A stretch of DNA of 64,000 nucleotides from the NCBI GenBank assembly GCA_951406725.2, contig OX597823.1, positions 55,862,001-55,926,000 of the forward strand, written 5' to 3'. Position 1 is the first letter of the stretch; the number at the start of each line of letters is the position of its first letter. The stretch comes from Octopus vulgaris (taxonomy: Eukaryota). The notes under the pieces were generated by a model, which saw nothing but the letters and a program-made list of their open reading frames with translations, was not told the DNA's origin and did not search any database. The translations under genes were made by a program, and so were the position numbers. Below, piece after piece: positions 1 through 12,522 of this stretch.

Positions 1-531
1 CTGTTTCTACACTATCACCCAGAGTGCTGTCATTGCTAGTGCCCGTGGTGCTGCTATTGCCGGAAACGATGCTGGAGTTGCTATTGGGACTCTCTACCCT
101 AATGAGCCGAGCTGAGCTCACCTCACTACTGCCATTGTTACCGTTAATGACATCACCCTTATTTATATCTATACCCCTAGTATATAATCCCTGGTTGGAG
201 CTGAGATTATGAGTCACTGTACTGGCTCTCATATCATTATTACTACTATTATTATTCCTACTGAGCGTTAAACCGGGAGCGGAAGAAGCTGTGCCTCCGG
301 AAAAAGGTGATAGGGTCTTAGTAAGCAGCCTATTATTATGGGAGGCGATTATCTGGGCGGGGTTTTTAGTGTTGGAGAAAGCTATCCTAACTTTATGCGA
401 GTTAACCGTGGAGTAATATTTGGAATTTCTGGGGAAGTTATTGGCGATGGTTTGTCGAAACATGAGGGGGAGGTTAGTTCTAATCTGCTTACCAAAGGGA
501 ATTACAAACCATATATGCTTATTCCTATTTA

Positions 532-792
532 TGTGATGGGTCGGGACGCCAGCTCTCGCATTCGGGTGGGTGATTCTCGGATGAATAACGGGTTTTGGGT
601 TAGTGTGAGCTCCCCCGGACCGATAATTATCCTTGTTCGGATTTCCTATTTCTTCCTGAAGAGAAAGACACAATATGGTCTCCTTATTCAATCGGAATTT
701 GGTAAATTGTGGCTTTCGAAACACGTGTAGAATGCAATAAAACGATTTCTGTTCAATCTTCGTTCAACTCCATTTCTTCAATTCACTAATTA
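532..792 (+). repeat. Penelope-like pLTR / retrozyme-like direct repeat, copy 1
   Basis: Near-identical to 1442-1702. Contains a hammerhead, then AATAAA (736-741), then runs into (TA)n. Confidence 0.8.
653..732 (+). ncRNA. Type I hammerhead ribozyme
   Basis: ttc|CTGAAGA (656-662). Stem II gaaagacacaat/attgtggctttc has one mismatch. GAAAC (718-722), palindromic stem III ACACGTGT, GTA cleavage triplet (727-729), then gaa pairing with ttc. Confidence 0.8.
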
Positions 793-990
793 TATATATA
801 TATATATATTATATAAAAGGGCTTAGTAAAATAAATTACTTTGCCGCATACTGAACTCATTAGAAATAGCAGCTAAAAAAACTTTTTTAAAAACTATTTC
901 CAATACTTAAAGAAAACCTCTCTCATATAGTGTTTGCTCAATTCAACTCACAAAAGTATGGGGGTAGAGACATTAAAAAATCAAATGCAA

Positions 991-1060
991 AGGTTATTTG
1001 AGAACTTACGTTTCAAGATTAGTCAAAATCGACACTTCTATCATCAGCTCAGAACTCCCT
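991..1060 (-). ncRNA. Type I hammerhead ribozyme (antisense)
   Basis: Minus strand reads tgag|CTGATGA|tagaagtgtc...gactaatctt|GAAAC GTAA GTT|ctca. Stem I tgag/ctca, minimal stem III, GUU triplet (1005-1003). Confidence 0.65.
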
Positions 1061-1441
1061 GGTTTGGATTTGAAAACACTGAAAGTAGGAGCATACCCTT
1101 TCGGCTTGTTATCACTTCTGAAGATCTGCTCAAAACTAACAGTGCTAGCAAATTCAAATATGCAAGCGAAGAATTTCTGCTCTCCCCTTTCCACCAGCGT
1201 GGGTTAAAATCAGCAAACACTATGCTTTTTTCGGTAAAATCCGAGGCATTATATAGAGAGGGAGGTTGAGGGTAAAATTAATTAATTAATCAATTTCACC
1301 AAGTATTCAGTATACAAAGGGACCATTTAAGGCGAATTCAAATTATTACATTATATAAAAGGGGAATTACAAACCATAGAAATAGCAGCTAAAAAAGCTT
1401 TTTTAAAAACTATTTCCAATACTTATTCCTATCAATTCAAC

Positions 1442-1698
1442 TGTGATGGGTCGGGACGCCAGCTCTCGCATTCGGGTGGGTGATTCTCGGATGAACGTAA
1501 CGGGTTTTGGGCTAGTGTGAGCTCCCCCGGACCGATAATTATCCTTGTTCGGATTTCCTATTTCTTCCTGAAGAGAAAGACACAATATGGTCTCCTTATT
1601 CAATCGGAATTTGGTAAATTGTGGCTTTCGAAACGCGTGTAGAATGCAATAAAACGATTTCTGTTCAATCTTCGTTCAACTCCATTTCTTCAATTCAC

Positions 1699-1702
<4 letters not shown>
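1442..1702 (+). repeat. Penelope-like pLTR / retrozyme-like direct repeat, copy 2
   Basis: Copy of 532-792 with few differences, followed by (TA)n at ~1703-1752. Confidence 0.8.
1565..1644 (+). ncRNA. Type I hammerhead ribozyme
   Basis: CTGAAGA 1568-1574, same stem II as copy 1, GAAAC GCGT GTA (triplet 1639-1641), stem I ttc/gaa. Confidence 0.8.
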
Positions 1703-1754
<52 letters not shown>

Positions 1755-1831
1755 TTCAGATGAATATGGTACTTAAGTTGAGGCACCAGAATTTAGTATG
1801 GTATTATCCATACAATTTAAGATACGGTGAT

Positions 1832-2305
1832 TACAATAAAAATAAGCAATAAGGATATCCAGAGGTAATGTAGTACGATCGTTTCATGCGACTCCATTTA
1901 ATTGAACAATGCAATTATATCAGCAGCACAAAGCACATAGAATTTAATTACATTTGAAGGACACATTAGTATAATTTTATTCAAAATCTCCAAGAGGATA
2001 AGGAGATAGACAAAGAACATATTTTATCAACAAAATCACAGGTGTGAATAACAGAAATAATCAGTGTAAAACAGTATCTGTGATGTTGGTAAAACATGTT
2101 CTTTGTCTATCTCCTTGTCCTCTTGGAGATTTTGGATAAAATTATACTAATGTGTCCTTCAAATTTAACTACATTCTATGTTTTTTGTGCAACTGAAGAT
2201 TGCTCTACATTTTAAATTGATATAATGTTTGCATTGTTCAATTAAATGGAGTCGTATGAAACGATCGTACCGCAATACCTCTGGATATCCTCGTTGCATA
2301 TTTTG

Positions 2306-2311
<6 letters not shown>
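1832..2311. repeat. Long inverted repeat (arms ~1832-2043 and ~2075-2311), probably inverted Penelope pLTR pair with decayed hammerheads
   Basis: Arms are reverse complements (e.g. gaaggacacattagtataattttat / ataaaattatactaatgtgtccttc). Right arm has CTGAAGA (2193) ... GAAAC GATC GTA (2258-2269). Flanked by (TA)n. Confidence 0.75.
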
Positions 2312-2374
<63 letters not shown>

Positions 2375-3274
2375 TATAATAGAAATAGATCTCAAGAAAA
2401 AAGACTACACGTGGTATAAATAGGGATAAGTAAAAAGAAAACAAAGAAATTGCACATTAGATATCAGCATATAGGCTGGAAAATTTCTTTCTATACCCTT
2501 AATTACAATTAAGCATGTATGTATGTATGTATGTATGTATGTATGTATGTATGTATGTATGTATGTATGTATGTATGTATATTAAATTGGTTTATGGGAA
2601 ACGATTTGAATTTGCAAGTAAAGCTCCGATTCTATTATGCCGGCCACAGTCTAATGATGGTGAACGGTGAACCAGTTTCTCGGTGTTGCATGAAGCTATA
2701 CCTATATACTGTTGTACATCTATTAATGTGATATCGCCTGAAGATATATACGATCTGCAAAAACGACTGACTGAGTTAGGCGGAATATGCCTTGACTCAC
2801 AGCGTGAAACAAGAATGTCTAAACGTTTATCAAAGAGTTTAATGATATCTACTTAACTGCACATATGAGAGTGTATCCGTAGACAGAACCACAAGTGTGT
2901 GTACGGATGTAAAAGCTGACGCATATCAGTTTTTACTTTATTGCAGATTTTATTTTTCTTATTCTTATTGACTCTTTGTCTTTGATATACTACGAAAAGA
3001 CATGTAGACAACTGCCCGTAACAGCGCAACGGAATCTGTCCCTGGCCATTCCTGCCCAACAGTTTAAACCTACGGTCACTAACAGTCTACTGTATTAAAA
3101 CCAACCGAAATAGGGTTTGTCTAACGAAATACCCCTGATTTGACACTTCTGCCCCGAAGGATGCACTACAACCAGTTGTACAGTAATCCCTCTCGCGAAG
3201 GATGCAGGTTGGGTCGAAATGATCGTTGTGAGCAATAAAGTGTCTCTTACATTCCATTTTCCGTCTCTATTATA

Positions 3275-3662
3275 GGCGCAGGAGTAGCTATGTGGTAAGT
3301 AGCTAGCTTACCAACCACATGGCTCCGGGTTCAGTCCCACTGCGTGGCACCTTGGGCAAGTATCTTTTACTATAGCATCGAGCCGACCAAAGCCTTGTGA
3401 GTGGATTTGGTAGACGGAAACTGAAAGAAGCCCGTCGTATATATGTATGTGTATGTGTGTGTTTATGTGTTTGTGTTTGTCTCCCCAACATCGCTTGACA
3501 ACCGATGTTGGTGTGTTTACGTCCCCGTAACTTAGCGGTTCGGCAAAAGAGACCGATATAATAAGTACTAGGCATACAAAGAATAAGTCCTGGGGTTGAT
3601 TTGCTCGACTAAAGGCGGTGCTCCAGCATGGCCACAGTCAAATGACTGAAACAAGTAAAAGA
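3275..3662 (+). mobile_element. tRNA-derived SINE (family A, with internal TG/TA microsatellite)
   Basis: tRNA-like head with B box ggttcagtcc and CORE-like ccttgggcaag. Homologous copies at 38360, 46979 and 56961. Confidence 0.75.
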
Positions 3663-3880
3663 GGGGGTTTGTATGTAAGTGTGTGTGTGTGTGTGCACGC
3701 GTGCGTATTTATCACCTACTGCTTGACAACCGGCGTTGGTTGTTTACGTCCCCATAACATCCGTTCAGTAAAAAGAAGAGACCAGAATAAAAATGAGTAC
3801 ATGCGTTGATTTGTTCAGTTAAACACTACGATGCAGTTCTTCGGCATAAATGCAGTCTGATAACTCAAGCAAAAGAATAA

Positions 3881-4275
3881 TCTTTATATATAAAAGTGAG
3901 GTTGTGTGCTGTCTGTCTCCTACGATTAAGAATCCTAACTACTCCCACTTTTTGTGGTGCAGTTTAACCAAAACCGGGTATCTTATAGTCGTGATTTATA
4001 TCGAGCCCTTCTGGGTATTAGCGCGCGTCTACGATGAGTCTACGATAAAAAAAAATTACCATCAATTTTTCTCGTTTTTAATGCATTTTTGGCATATATA
4101 AGGGAAGTAACTCTCTAAAAATTTATTATTAAATCTCAGAACGTAAAAAAGCTACAGTAACACCGTCCCCTTTGTGGTTAGCCATATTGAGATGGCTATT
4201 ATACTTTACATCTCTAAAAATGCTTATATAGTTATTTCCCTTACAAACCCGAACAACGCCGGGCGATACTGCTAG
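3881..4275 (+). mobile_element. Non-autonomous Helitron
   Basis: 5' TC after a host A (A|TCTTTATATATAAAAG). Subterminal hairpin cccg..cggg (4248-4263). 3' CTAG followed by a host T; no TSD. Confidence 0.75.
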
Positions 4276-4680
4276 TATATGTATATGAATGAACAAATAT
4301 GAGCTGGGAGAGATAACTCTGAGTAGCCAGTGGCATGAATCTGAACAACATAAACAAATAGAAGTTTATTAAATGCCGTACAACATTAATTCTTAATCTA
4401 TTAAAATGATCGTATAAGAAAAGGAGTTTAATTCAAGAATTAAAAATTTTCCTAAACTGAAATGCCATTAAACAAACAGATAGGCTTATTGTCTGGAGAT
4501 AAGAAGACAAACATATTGGGACAGGCATATTGGCTATTCTCTTATCTTTAAACAATAAATCAGTCATTTATCTTACTGACATTTGGTAATTATGATGCAA
4601 ACTCAATAGGTAGAGATAATCATGTTAATATATCAAGAATTTATGTTGTATAGTGTGCGTGAATATGTGTATTAAATATA

Positions 4681-5042
4681 TGGAGGCGCAATGGCCCAGT
4701 GGTTAGGGCAGCGGTTTCGATTCCCAGACCGGGCGTTGTGAGTGTTTATTGAGCGAAAACACCTAAAGCTCCACGAGACTCCGGCAGGGGATGGTGGTGA
4801 TCCCTGCTGTACTCTTTCACCACAACTTTCTCTCACGCTTTCTTCCTGTTTCTGTTGTACCTGTATTTCAAAGGGCCGGCTTTGTCACTCTGTGTCACGC
4901 TGAATATCCCCGAGAACTACGTTAAGGGTACACGTGTCTGTGGAGTGCTCAGCCACTTACACGTTAATTTCACGAGCAGGCTGTTCCGTTGATCGGATCA
5001 ACCGGAACCCTCGTCGTCGTAATCGACGGAGTGCTTCCATCC
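4681..5042 (+). mobile_element. tRNA(Arg)-like SINE (family B), full length
   Basis: A box tggcccagtgg, B box gtttcgattcc, (TCCA) tail. TSD attaaatata (4671-4680 / 5043-5052). Near-identical to 28302-28685 except for a short deletion in the head. Confidence 0.85.
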
Positions 5043-5238
5043 ATTAAATATATGCATATATGTTTGTGCATGTGTGTGTGTGTGTATGTGTGTACATATG
5101 TGTAAATATATATATATGTATGTATTTATATGCATACATATATGTAAATATATATATGTATGTATGTATATATATGTGTGTGTGTGAGTGCGTGTACGTG
5201 TGTGTGTGTGTGTGTTTTGTGTGTTGTATGTATGTATA

Positions 5239-5897
5239 TGAAGGGGTACCCAAAAGTAACTGGAAACGTTCTCTGTGGGACAAACCTGTAGTAGTTCAGG
5301 TTTCTACCGCTAGAAACCACTTGATGCGACCCTCAGGCATCGGTCTGCCGACCGGCGCCGTGCTCTGGAGTTGTATTGCAACGTGGTTCGTCTTTGTTTT
5401 GCAATGCTTCTCCCCTGTTTGTCGATTTTTGCGAGGGCTGAAACGAAGGAACGGCATGCTTCCGTGAAATTCTGCTTTCTGTCGGGGAAAACGGCAGCCA
5501 AAACAGTTGTCATACTTCAACCAACAGACGACGATGAACAAAACACAAGTTTATGAGGGGTTTTCATGCTTCAGTAACGGTCACTTGTCGCTTAAAGACC
5601 AACATCGTTCAGGGCGTCCGTCAACCTCCCGAACGAAAGAAAACATCATGAAAATTCCTGAACTGATCTGAGACGATCATCACCCAACAATTGATGAACT
5701 TGATGATATGACTGGTATGTCCTGGAGCTCTTGCCAACGAATTTTGAGCGAAGAATTGCGAATGAAAAGAGTTGCAGCAAAATTTGTACCTCGCTTGCTC
5801 ACGGAAGTTCAAAAGCAGTCACGACTAAATGCGTGTCGTGAGCTGAAAGAACAGTTGGAAGTTGATCCGGACCATTTTCGAAAGTAATCACCGATGC
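5239..5897 (+). mobile_element. mariner transposon, 5' half, decayed
   Basis: TA followed by a TIR-like end. Fragments ERHASVKFCFLSGKTAAKT, KDQHRSGRPSTS, KRVAAKFVPRLLTEVQK and FSKVIT match mariner transposase N-terminus. Confidence 0.75.
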
Positions 5898-7426
5898 GCA
5901 CTCAACGCACTCTATATGATCTTTTTAATCTTTTTCTCTTTTTCTCTCTCTTATTCTTTTACCGCCTCTTCTCCCACTATTCTATCCTATTACTCTGTCA
6001 CTCTCGCTCCCTCACATAACCTCCCTTGCTCAGGTGTCTCCCATGTGACCATCGGCCATCTTTCTTCCCCTCACTTGAGTTTCTTTTTCTCCGTTGTAGC
6101 TGGAATAAGGAAGACGTGTTCATGTCTGTCTCCTGTCCAAGCTTGATTTACGCGTTCACCACCACAACCTCGTTTAGGCTTAGCAGCCCTTCATGTTTGT
6201 TTTCACTGTCCTGTTTGCGTTACCAATTTTGTCCCTCCGCAAAATCTCAAATTTTATTTAATTTGCTTTGCAGGAGCAACTGTTTTATCAAAAGCGTATA
6301 TTGTTGCTAAATACTCGAAACACGAGAGTAGAAAAAACAGCCAACAACTGATGAAGGTCTTTCTTTATGTTGTTTGTCTTGTTTTCCATTTGTGTCTATC
6401 GTTGTTCGAAAAAATAGTTCATATTCCAAGCAGTCGTACTTCGTATTATTTTGCTGTACACATTTCATGACGTCCTGTGCCCACATATGCATACATATAT
6501 ACGTATAGAAGTAAGTAAGTACATATACGTATGTATATATGCATATATATATATATATATATATATACAATATTCATATATAATAAATATGTATATATAT
6601 ATATATTTATTTATATGCATATATATACGTAAGTTTATATAAACATGAATAGATATGCATATACATACATATATGTGTGTGTGTGTATGTGTGTGTGCAT
6701 GTATGTGTGTGTGTGTATGCATGTATGTGTGTGTGCATGTATGTGTGTGTGCATGTATGTGTGTGTGCATGTATGTGTGTGTGCATGTATGTGTGTGTGT
6801 ATGTATATATATTTGACGCTATACGACCTTCAAGAACTTGAAATAATTCTTTTTTTAGGAATGGTGAATCTCGAAGGGATTAAAGCCATAAATAAAAGCT
6901 TGTAAATAATAGTTTTAAAAATCCGTTCTAAAGTGGACAGAGAAATTCGATGGAAGGCTTCGGTTCAAGAGTAGAACGTTTGTCACGTTTACAGGAGACG
7001 TGGTTTCGCATATCAACACCAACCTTCGATCCTTTCTATCCAAAGGTAATTTTAACCCAAGATTTGCACCGTATTATTTCTCGCGTTGCTTGCATTGAAA
7101 TCCACCACACTTCAAATGTATGTATGTATGTATGTATGTATGTATGTATGTATGTATGTATGTATGTATATATGTATGTATGTTTATTCTCTCTCGCTTC
7201 GCATACACATACAAATATATACATGTATGTGTGTGTGTGTGGGTGGGTGTGTGGGTGTGTGTGTGTACGTGCGCGCAAAATTGCAATTGTCGGTAAATAT
7301 AGATGTATTTATATATAATGCGTTTACGGATTATTATTATACAATATGTACACATACAGACATACATATATATATAAATGTATAAATGTATATATGTATG
7401 TAAGCATATTTGTACGGACGTACACA

Positions 7427-7470
<44 letters not shown>

Positions 7471-7546
7471 CATACATATACATACATACATACATACACA
7501 CATACATACACACACGCATACATACATACATACATATATATATATT

Positions 7547-7721
<175 letters not shown>

Positions 7722-8070
7722 TTAGTACATACCGTCGCCTCTCTTGCGCATTCTCACGTTCTGTTTCTCCCAACAATATATTCTCTCACTTTCATATTCT
7801 TTCTGACCTGTCTCTATATCTTCCTTTAGTCTTCCTCTAGTCTTCCTTTCGTTACTCCTTTCTTTTCAAACTTTCCCTTTTGCATCTAACCTTTTCCCAT
7901 TTGCTTTCTCTTTTGTTCTCCACTTTACGTGAGTAAACACGTTACATAAGTGCAAACGAACAATGTGCAAAAACCCAAACAGCAACGCAAACATTCGCAA
8001 ACCTCCTAACTGAAAGGGAAATCAAAATAGAACTCACTCATGTGCATACACACATGTGACCCAACGCATC

Positions 8071-8168
<98 letters not shown>

Positions 8169-8228
8169 TATATATATATACTCACATATATATGCATACA
8201 TATGTGTATATATATATGCATATATGTG

Positions 8229-8295
<67 letters not shown>

Positions 8296-8332
8296 GCATA
8301 TATGTGTATGTATATATGTTTATATTTCTATG

Positions 8333-8363
<31 letters not shown>

Positions 8364-8498
8364 TTATATATACGCATTACTAAATGTGTATGTATATGTG
8401 TATATGTGTATATGTATATGTATATATCTGTATGGGCATATATATAAGTATATGTATACATGTGTATATATGTGTATATGTATGTGTATATGCATATG

Positions 8499-8555
<57 letters not shown>

Positions 8556-8740
8556 ATGTGTGAGTACGCACATACACACACACAGACATACACCTGTATC
8601 CTCAAGCACATGAACATGTGTACATTATACATAAAGAATTAAAAACATGAGCTCAGACCAAAATAAGATAATGAAATAAATAAATGCATCTACACACACA
8701 CGCTCACACACACATATATGTGTCTATATCTATATGTATG

Positions 8741-8830
<90 letters not shown>

Positions 8831-9321
8831 TGTGTTTGTGTGCGCGTATATATGTATATATACATATGTGCATATATATGTATGTATATAGGCAGATACA
8901 CACACATACATACAAATATATATATATATATATATGCCTGTGTGTCTGTGTGTATATATATGTATGTATATATGTATATATGTATGTATGTATGTATATA
9001 TGTACGTATATAACTAATTCAGAAAAAAAGGATTCAAAGAAAGGAATGTTAGTTTAAGCAATTTCGACAAAGTCTCAGAGAACTGATATGTCACCAGAAT
9101 GAAAGAATGTCGAAATTGGCGAGGAAAAACAACTAATCAAATAAGCAACTGCATAAGAAGAAATTCTAAATCTGTCTGAAGGAAAAAGGAAAATATATAA
9201 AAAAAAAAAAATTTATCCCAGACAGACATTCTGGAAAAAAAGTATGGTAAGTTTCATATCTTTTCGTTTTTTTTTTCTTGTAATGGTAAGAAAAGGCTCA
9301 TCAATATATTACAAGAGTAAG

Positions 9322-10234
9322 ACGATGTGCTGGTAGAGTGGTTAGCACGCTGGACGAAATGCTTAGCGTATTTCGCTTGCCGCCACGTTCTGAGTTCAAA
9401 TTCCACCGAGGTCGACTTTACCTCTCATCCTTTCGGGGTCGATTAAATAAGTACCAGTTACACACTGGAGTCGACATAATCGACTTAATCCGTTTGTCTG
9501 TCCTTGTTTGTCCTTTCTGTGTTTAGCCCCTTGTGGGTAGTAAAGAAATAGGTATTTCGTCTGCCACTACGTTCTGAGTTCAAATTCCGCCGAGGTCGAC
9601 TTTGCCTTTCATCCTTTCGGGGTCGATAAATTAAGGACCAGTTACGCAATGGGGTTGGTGTGTAATCGACTTAATCCCTTTGTCTGTCCTTGTTTGCCCC
9701 CTCTATGTTCAGTCCCTTGAGGGCAATAAAGAAATAAGGAACGTTAGCACGCCGAGCGAAATGCTTAGCGGTATTTCCACTCTGGAAATCGACTTAATCC
9801 CTTTGTCTGTCCTTGTTTGCCCCCTCTATGTTCAGTCCCTTGTGGGCAATAAAGAAATAAGGAACGTTAGCACGCCGGGCGAAATGCTTAGCGGTATTTC
9901 GTTTGTCGTTACGTTCTGAGTTCAGATTCCGCTGAGGTCGACTTTGCCTTTCATCCTTTCGGGGTCGATTAAATAAAGTACCAGTTACGCACTGGGGTCG
10001 ATGTAATCGACTTAATACCTATGTCTGTCCTTGTTTGTTCCCTCTGTGTTTAGCCCCTTGTGGGTAATAAAGAAATAGGTATTTCCACTCTACTTTCTGA
10101 GTTCAAATTCCGCCGAGATCGACTTTGCCTTTCATCCCTTTCGGGGTCGATAAATAAAGTACCAGTTACGCACTGGGGTCGATGTAATCGACTTAATCCC
10201 TTTGTCTGTGCTTGTTTGTCTCCTCTATGTTTAG

Positions 10235-10235
<1 letters not shown>
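9322..10235 (+). mobile_element. Tandem array of Meta-domain-type SINE units (family C)
   Basis: Repeated gttctgagttcaaattccgccgaggtcgactttgcctttcatcctttcggggtcgataaa..gtaccagtt units with B-box-like gagttcaaattcc. Confidence 0.75.
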
Positions 10236-10313
<78 letters not shown>

Positions 10314-10578
10314 CACGCACATACAAAAAGTGTATGTGTGTGTACGTGTGAATATATATATGCGTGTATATATTTTCAGCTTGTTTCACACAATGGTTAC
10401 GTCGGTCATCGCCTGAGGTTTATTAAATCGAGCAATTCGACATTTGATTTTCAAAGTGTGGTACATATTCTATCGGCCACTTTTGCCGAACCGCTAGTTC
10501 ACGGTAAAGTAAACAAATCAAAGCCTATTGTCTAGCGGTGGTAGGGGACAAACACGAACTCAAAGACACACACACATC

Positions 10579-10619
<41 letters not shown>

Positions 10620-11316
10620 TCAGACTACAAAGAAAAGGAAGTATTCACACTCACACACAAACACACACACATACATACATACACACACATACGCATACGC
10701 AATTACAATAGCTTCATTAGAAAATGAGATTATGAAAATTTCGATGCGTCACACTAAAAAATTTAGGAACATTGTTAGGCCAAACCAATATATAAGAGGA
10801 TTAACAAAGTAATCTGACAAAAAAAAAAGAAAACTTAAAAAACCGATCCAACTTGAACATAGTCGTATTTTTAAAATAAGATAAAATGTTTGAAAAAAAT
10901 AAGTTATTCCCTATTCAAGCAGACACTTTCACTTCCACTCATACACATTCACACATTCACACATACTCACCTACACACGCGTGCGCGCACACATTTAATT
11001 ACGATGCTCTGTTGATAACATGATGTCTCGCTCACTATCTCACGCATACGAAACTCTACACTGAATTTATTGGATTGCAAGACACATTTGTTCGTTTATT
11101 ATTGTTTTTTTTTCCGATTTTCTACTGAGCACTCTATTGACAAATGTCTAAGAAGTTTAATTTATTCAAATTTCAAAGACGATAAACAAAAATTGTGGAG
11201 AAAGATGAGAAAACTCCAATAAACACTACGATAAAAGTCTTTTTCTTGTTAATTCAAATAGCATGGGAAAGGATTACAATAAATTTAAAGAAAAGAACGA
11301 ATTTATCTGATAACTA

Positions 11317-11879
11317 TTGGGTTGTCCGGAAAGTTCGTGCCGATTTATAGTAGCTTACATTTCGACTTATTTTAGAACATGGTTGAGTCCATAAAATAGG
11401 ATTTGACTACACCATTTAGAGCACAGTTTCGGCTATCTTTTCGTGGAAGAAGGTTTATGTTCCTATCACCTGTGTTAATTCTATAACCCTTTAAAATGGA
11501 AGATAAGAAAGTTCATTTTCGGCAATTGATACTTTGGGAACCAGGCAAAAATTGCTGCAGCTCGGCTGGGATGTGTTACCCCACCCTCCATATTCACCTG
11601 ATATTGCTCCTTCGGGCTCCCACTTATTCAGTTCTCTGCAGAATAGTCTTGATGGTAAATATTTCAATAACTTGGATGACGTAAAAAGATACCTTGATGA
11701 ATTCTTTGCCATGAAACCACCTCAATTCTGGGATGAGGGTATTTTCAAGTTAAAGGAAAGATGGAGACGCATTGTGCAACAAAATGGCTCATATTTGGTT
11801 GATTAAAAATATAATATCAAGTATTTATTGACCTTTTTCTTTCCTTTAAAAATCGGCACGAACTTTCCGGACAACCCAA
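11317..11879 (+). mobile_element. Internally deleted mariner element
   Basis: Perfect 30-bp TIRs (ttgggttgtccggaaagttcgtgccgattt) and TA TSDs at both ends. N-terminal MEDKKVHFRQL is joined to C-terminal LPHPPYSPDIAPS...ERWRRIVQQNGSY. Confidence 0.92.
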
Positions 11880-11884
11880 TAATA

Positions 11885-12090
11885 TTTTTTCTACAAGAGG
11901 CAAAAGGTCTGAAATTTTGGTAGAAGGGGCTAGTTGATACCATCGATCTCAGTACCCAACAGGTATTTATTTTATCGACTCAGAATCGATAAAAGGAAAA
12001 TTCGACTTCGGAGGTATTTGAACTAAAAGCGTGAAATCCAGATAAGCATTTTTATCGATGTGCTAATAACTCTGCCAGTTCGCTATCTTA
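11885..12090 (-). mobile_element. Decayed family C SINE
   Basis: Reverse complement of the Meta-type core (tttatcgac..gatgaaagg..gtcgacttcgg..ttgaact). Confidence 0.55.
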
Positions 12091-12114
12091 TTTGACAGCC
12101 TAATACACAGCGAA

Positions 12115-12522
12115 AATACATCCTGCCAGTGATAATTTACGGTAGTGAAATATGGGCTCTCAACACTACCATCACGAACGACCACGGAAAATAGAACAAA
12201 TCATGCTTGGCATCACATTACAGACAAGAAAACCAGCGCCTGGATCCGACAGCATACGAGAATCAGCGACATCATAAGAAACCATGAAGGAAAACAAGTA
12301 TAGATAGGCTGGTCACATCACACGACTGAAGGATAACAGAAAGACGACAATCAGATTGACGGAATGAACCCCAAGACAATAGAAAATATCAACAGGCCTA
12401 CCGAAAATAAGATGGTGAGATGATCTCACCCGATACCTGGGACCTACATGGCCACGATTGCCAGAGACAGACTTGAAGGAGCCTAGAGAGGAGTTTCTCT
12501 TTCACGAGCGTTGAAGATATAG
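12115..12522 (+). mobile_element. RTE-clade LINE 3' fragment ending in (ATT)n
   Basis: ILPVIIYGSEIWAL, AGHITRLKDNR and PKIRW*DDL motifs with frameshifts. Microsatellite tail at 12523-12612. Confidence 0.7.

Noticed and set aside
3061-3240. GAAATGATCGTT followed by AATAAA as a hammerhead 3' half
   Set aside because: No CUGANGA box with a matching stem I could be found upstream.
6930-7050. Possible exon ending AAG|GTAATT
   Set aside because: Weak acceptor and no recognisable protein similarity.
9322-10235. Repeat-spacer appearance resembling a CRISPR array
   Set aside because: Units are long SINE cores, intervening segments are also repeated, the context is eukaryotic and there are no cas genes.
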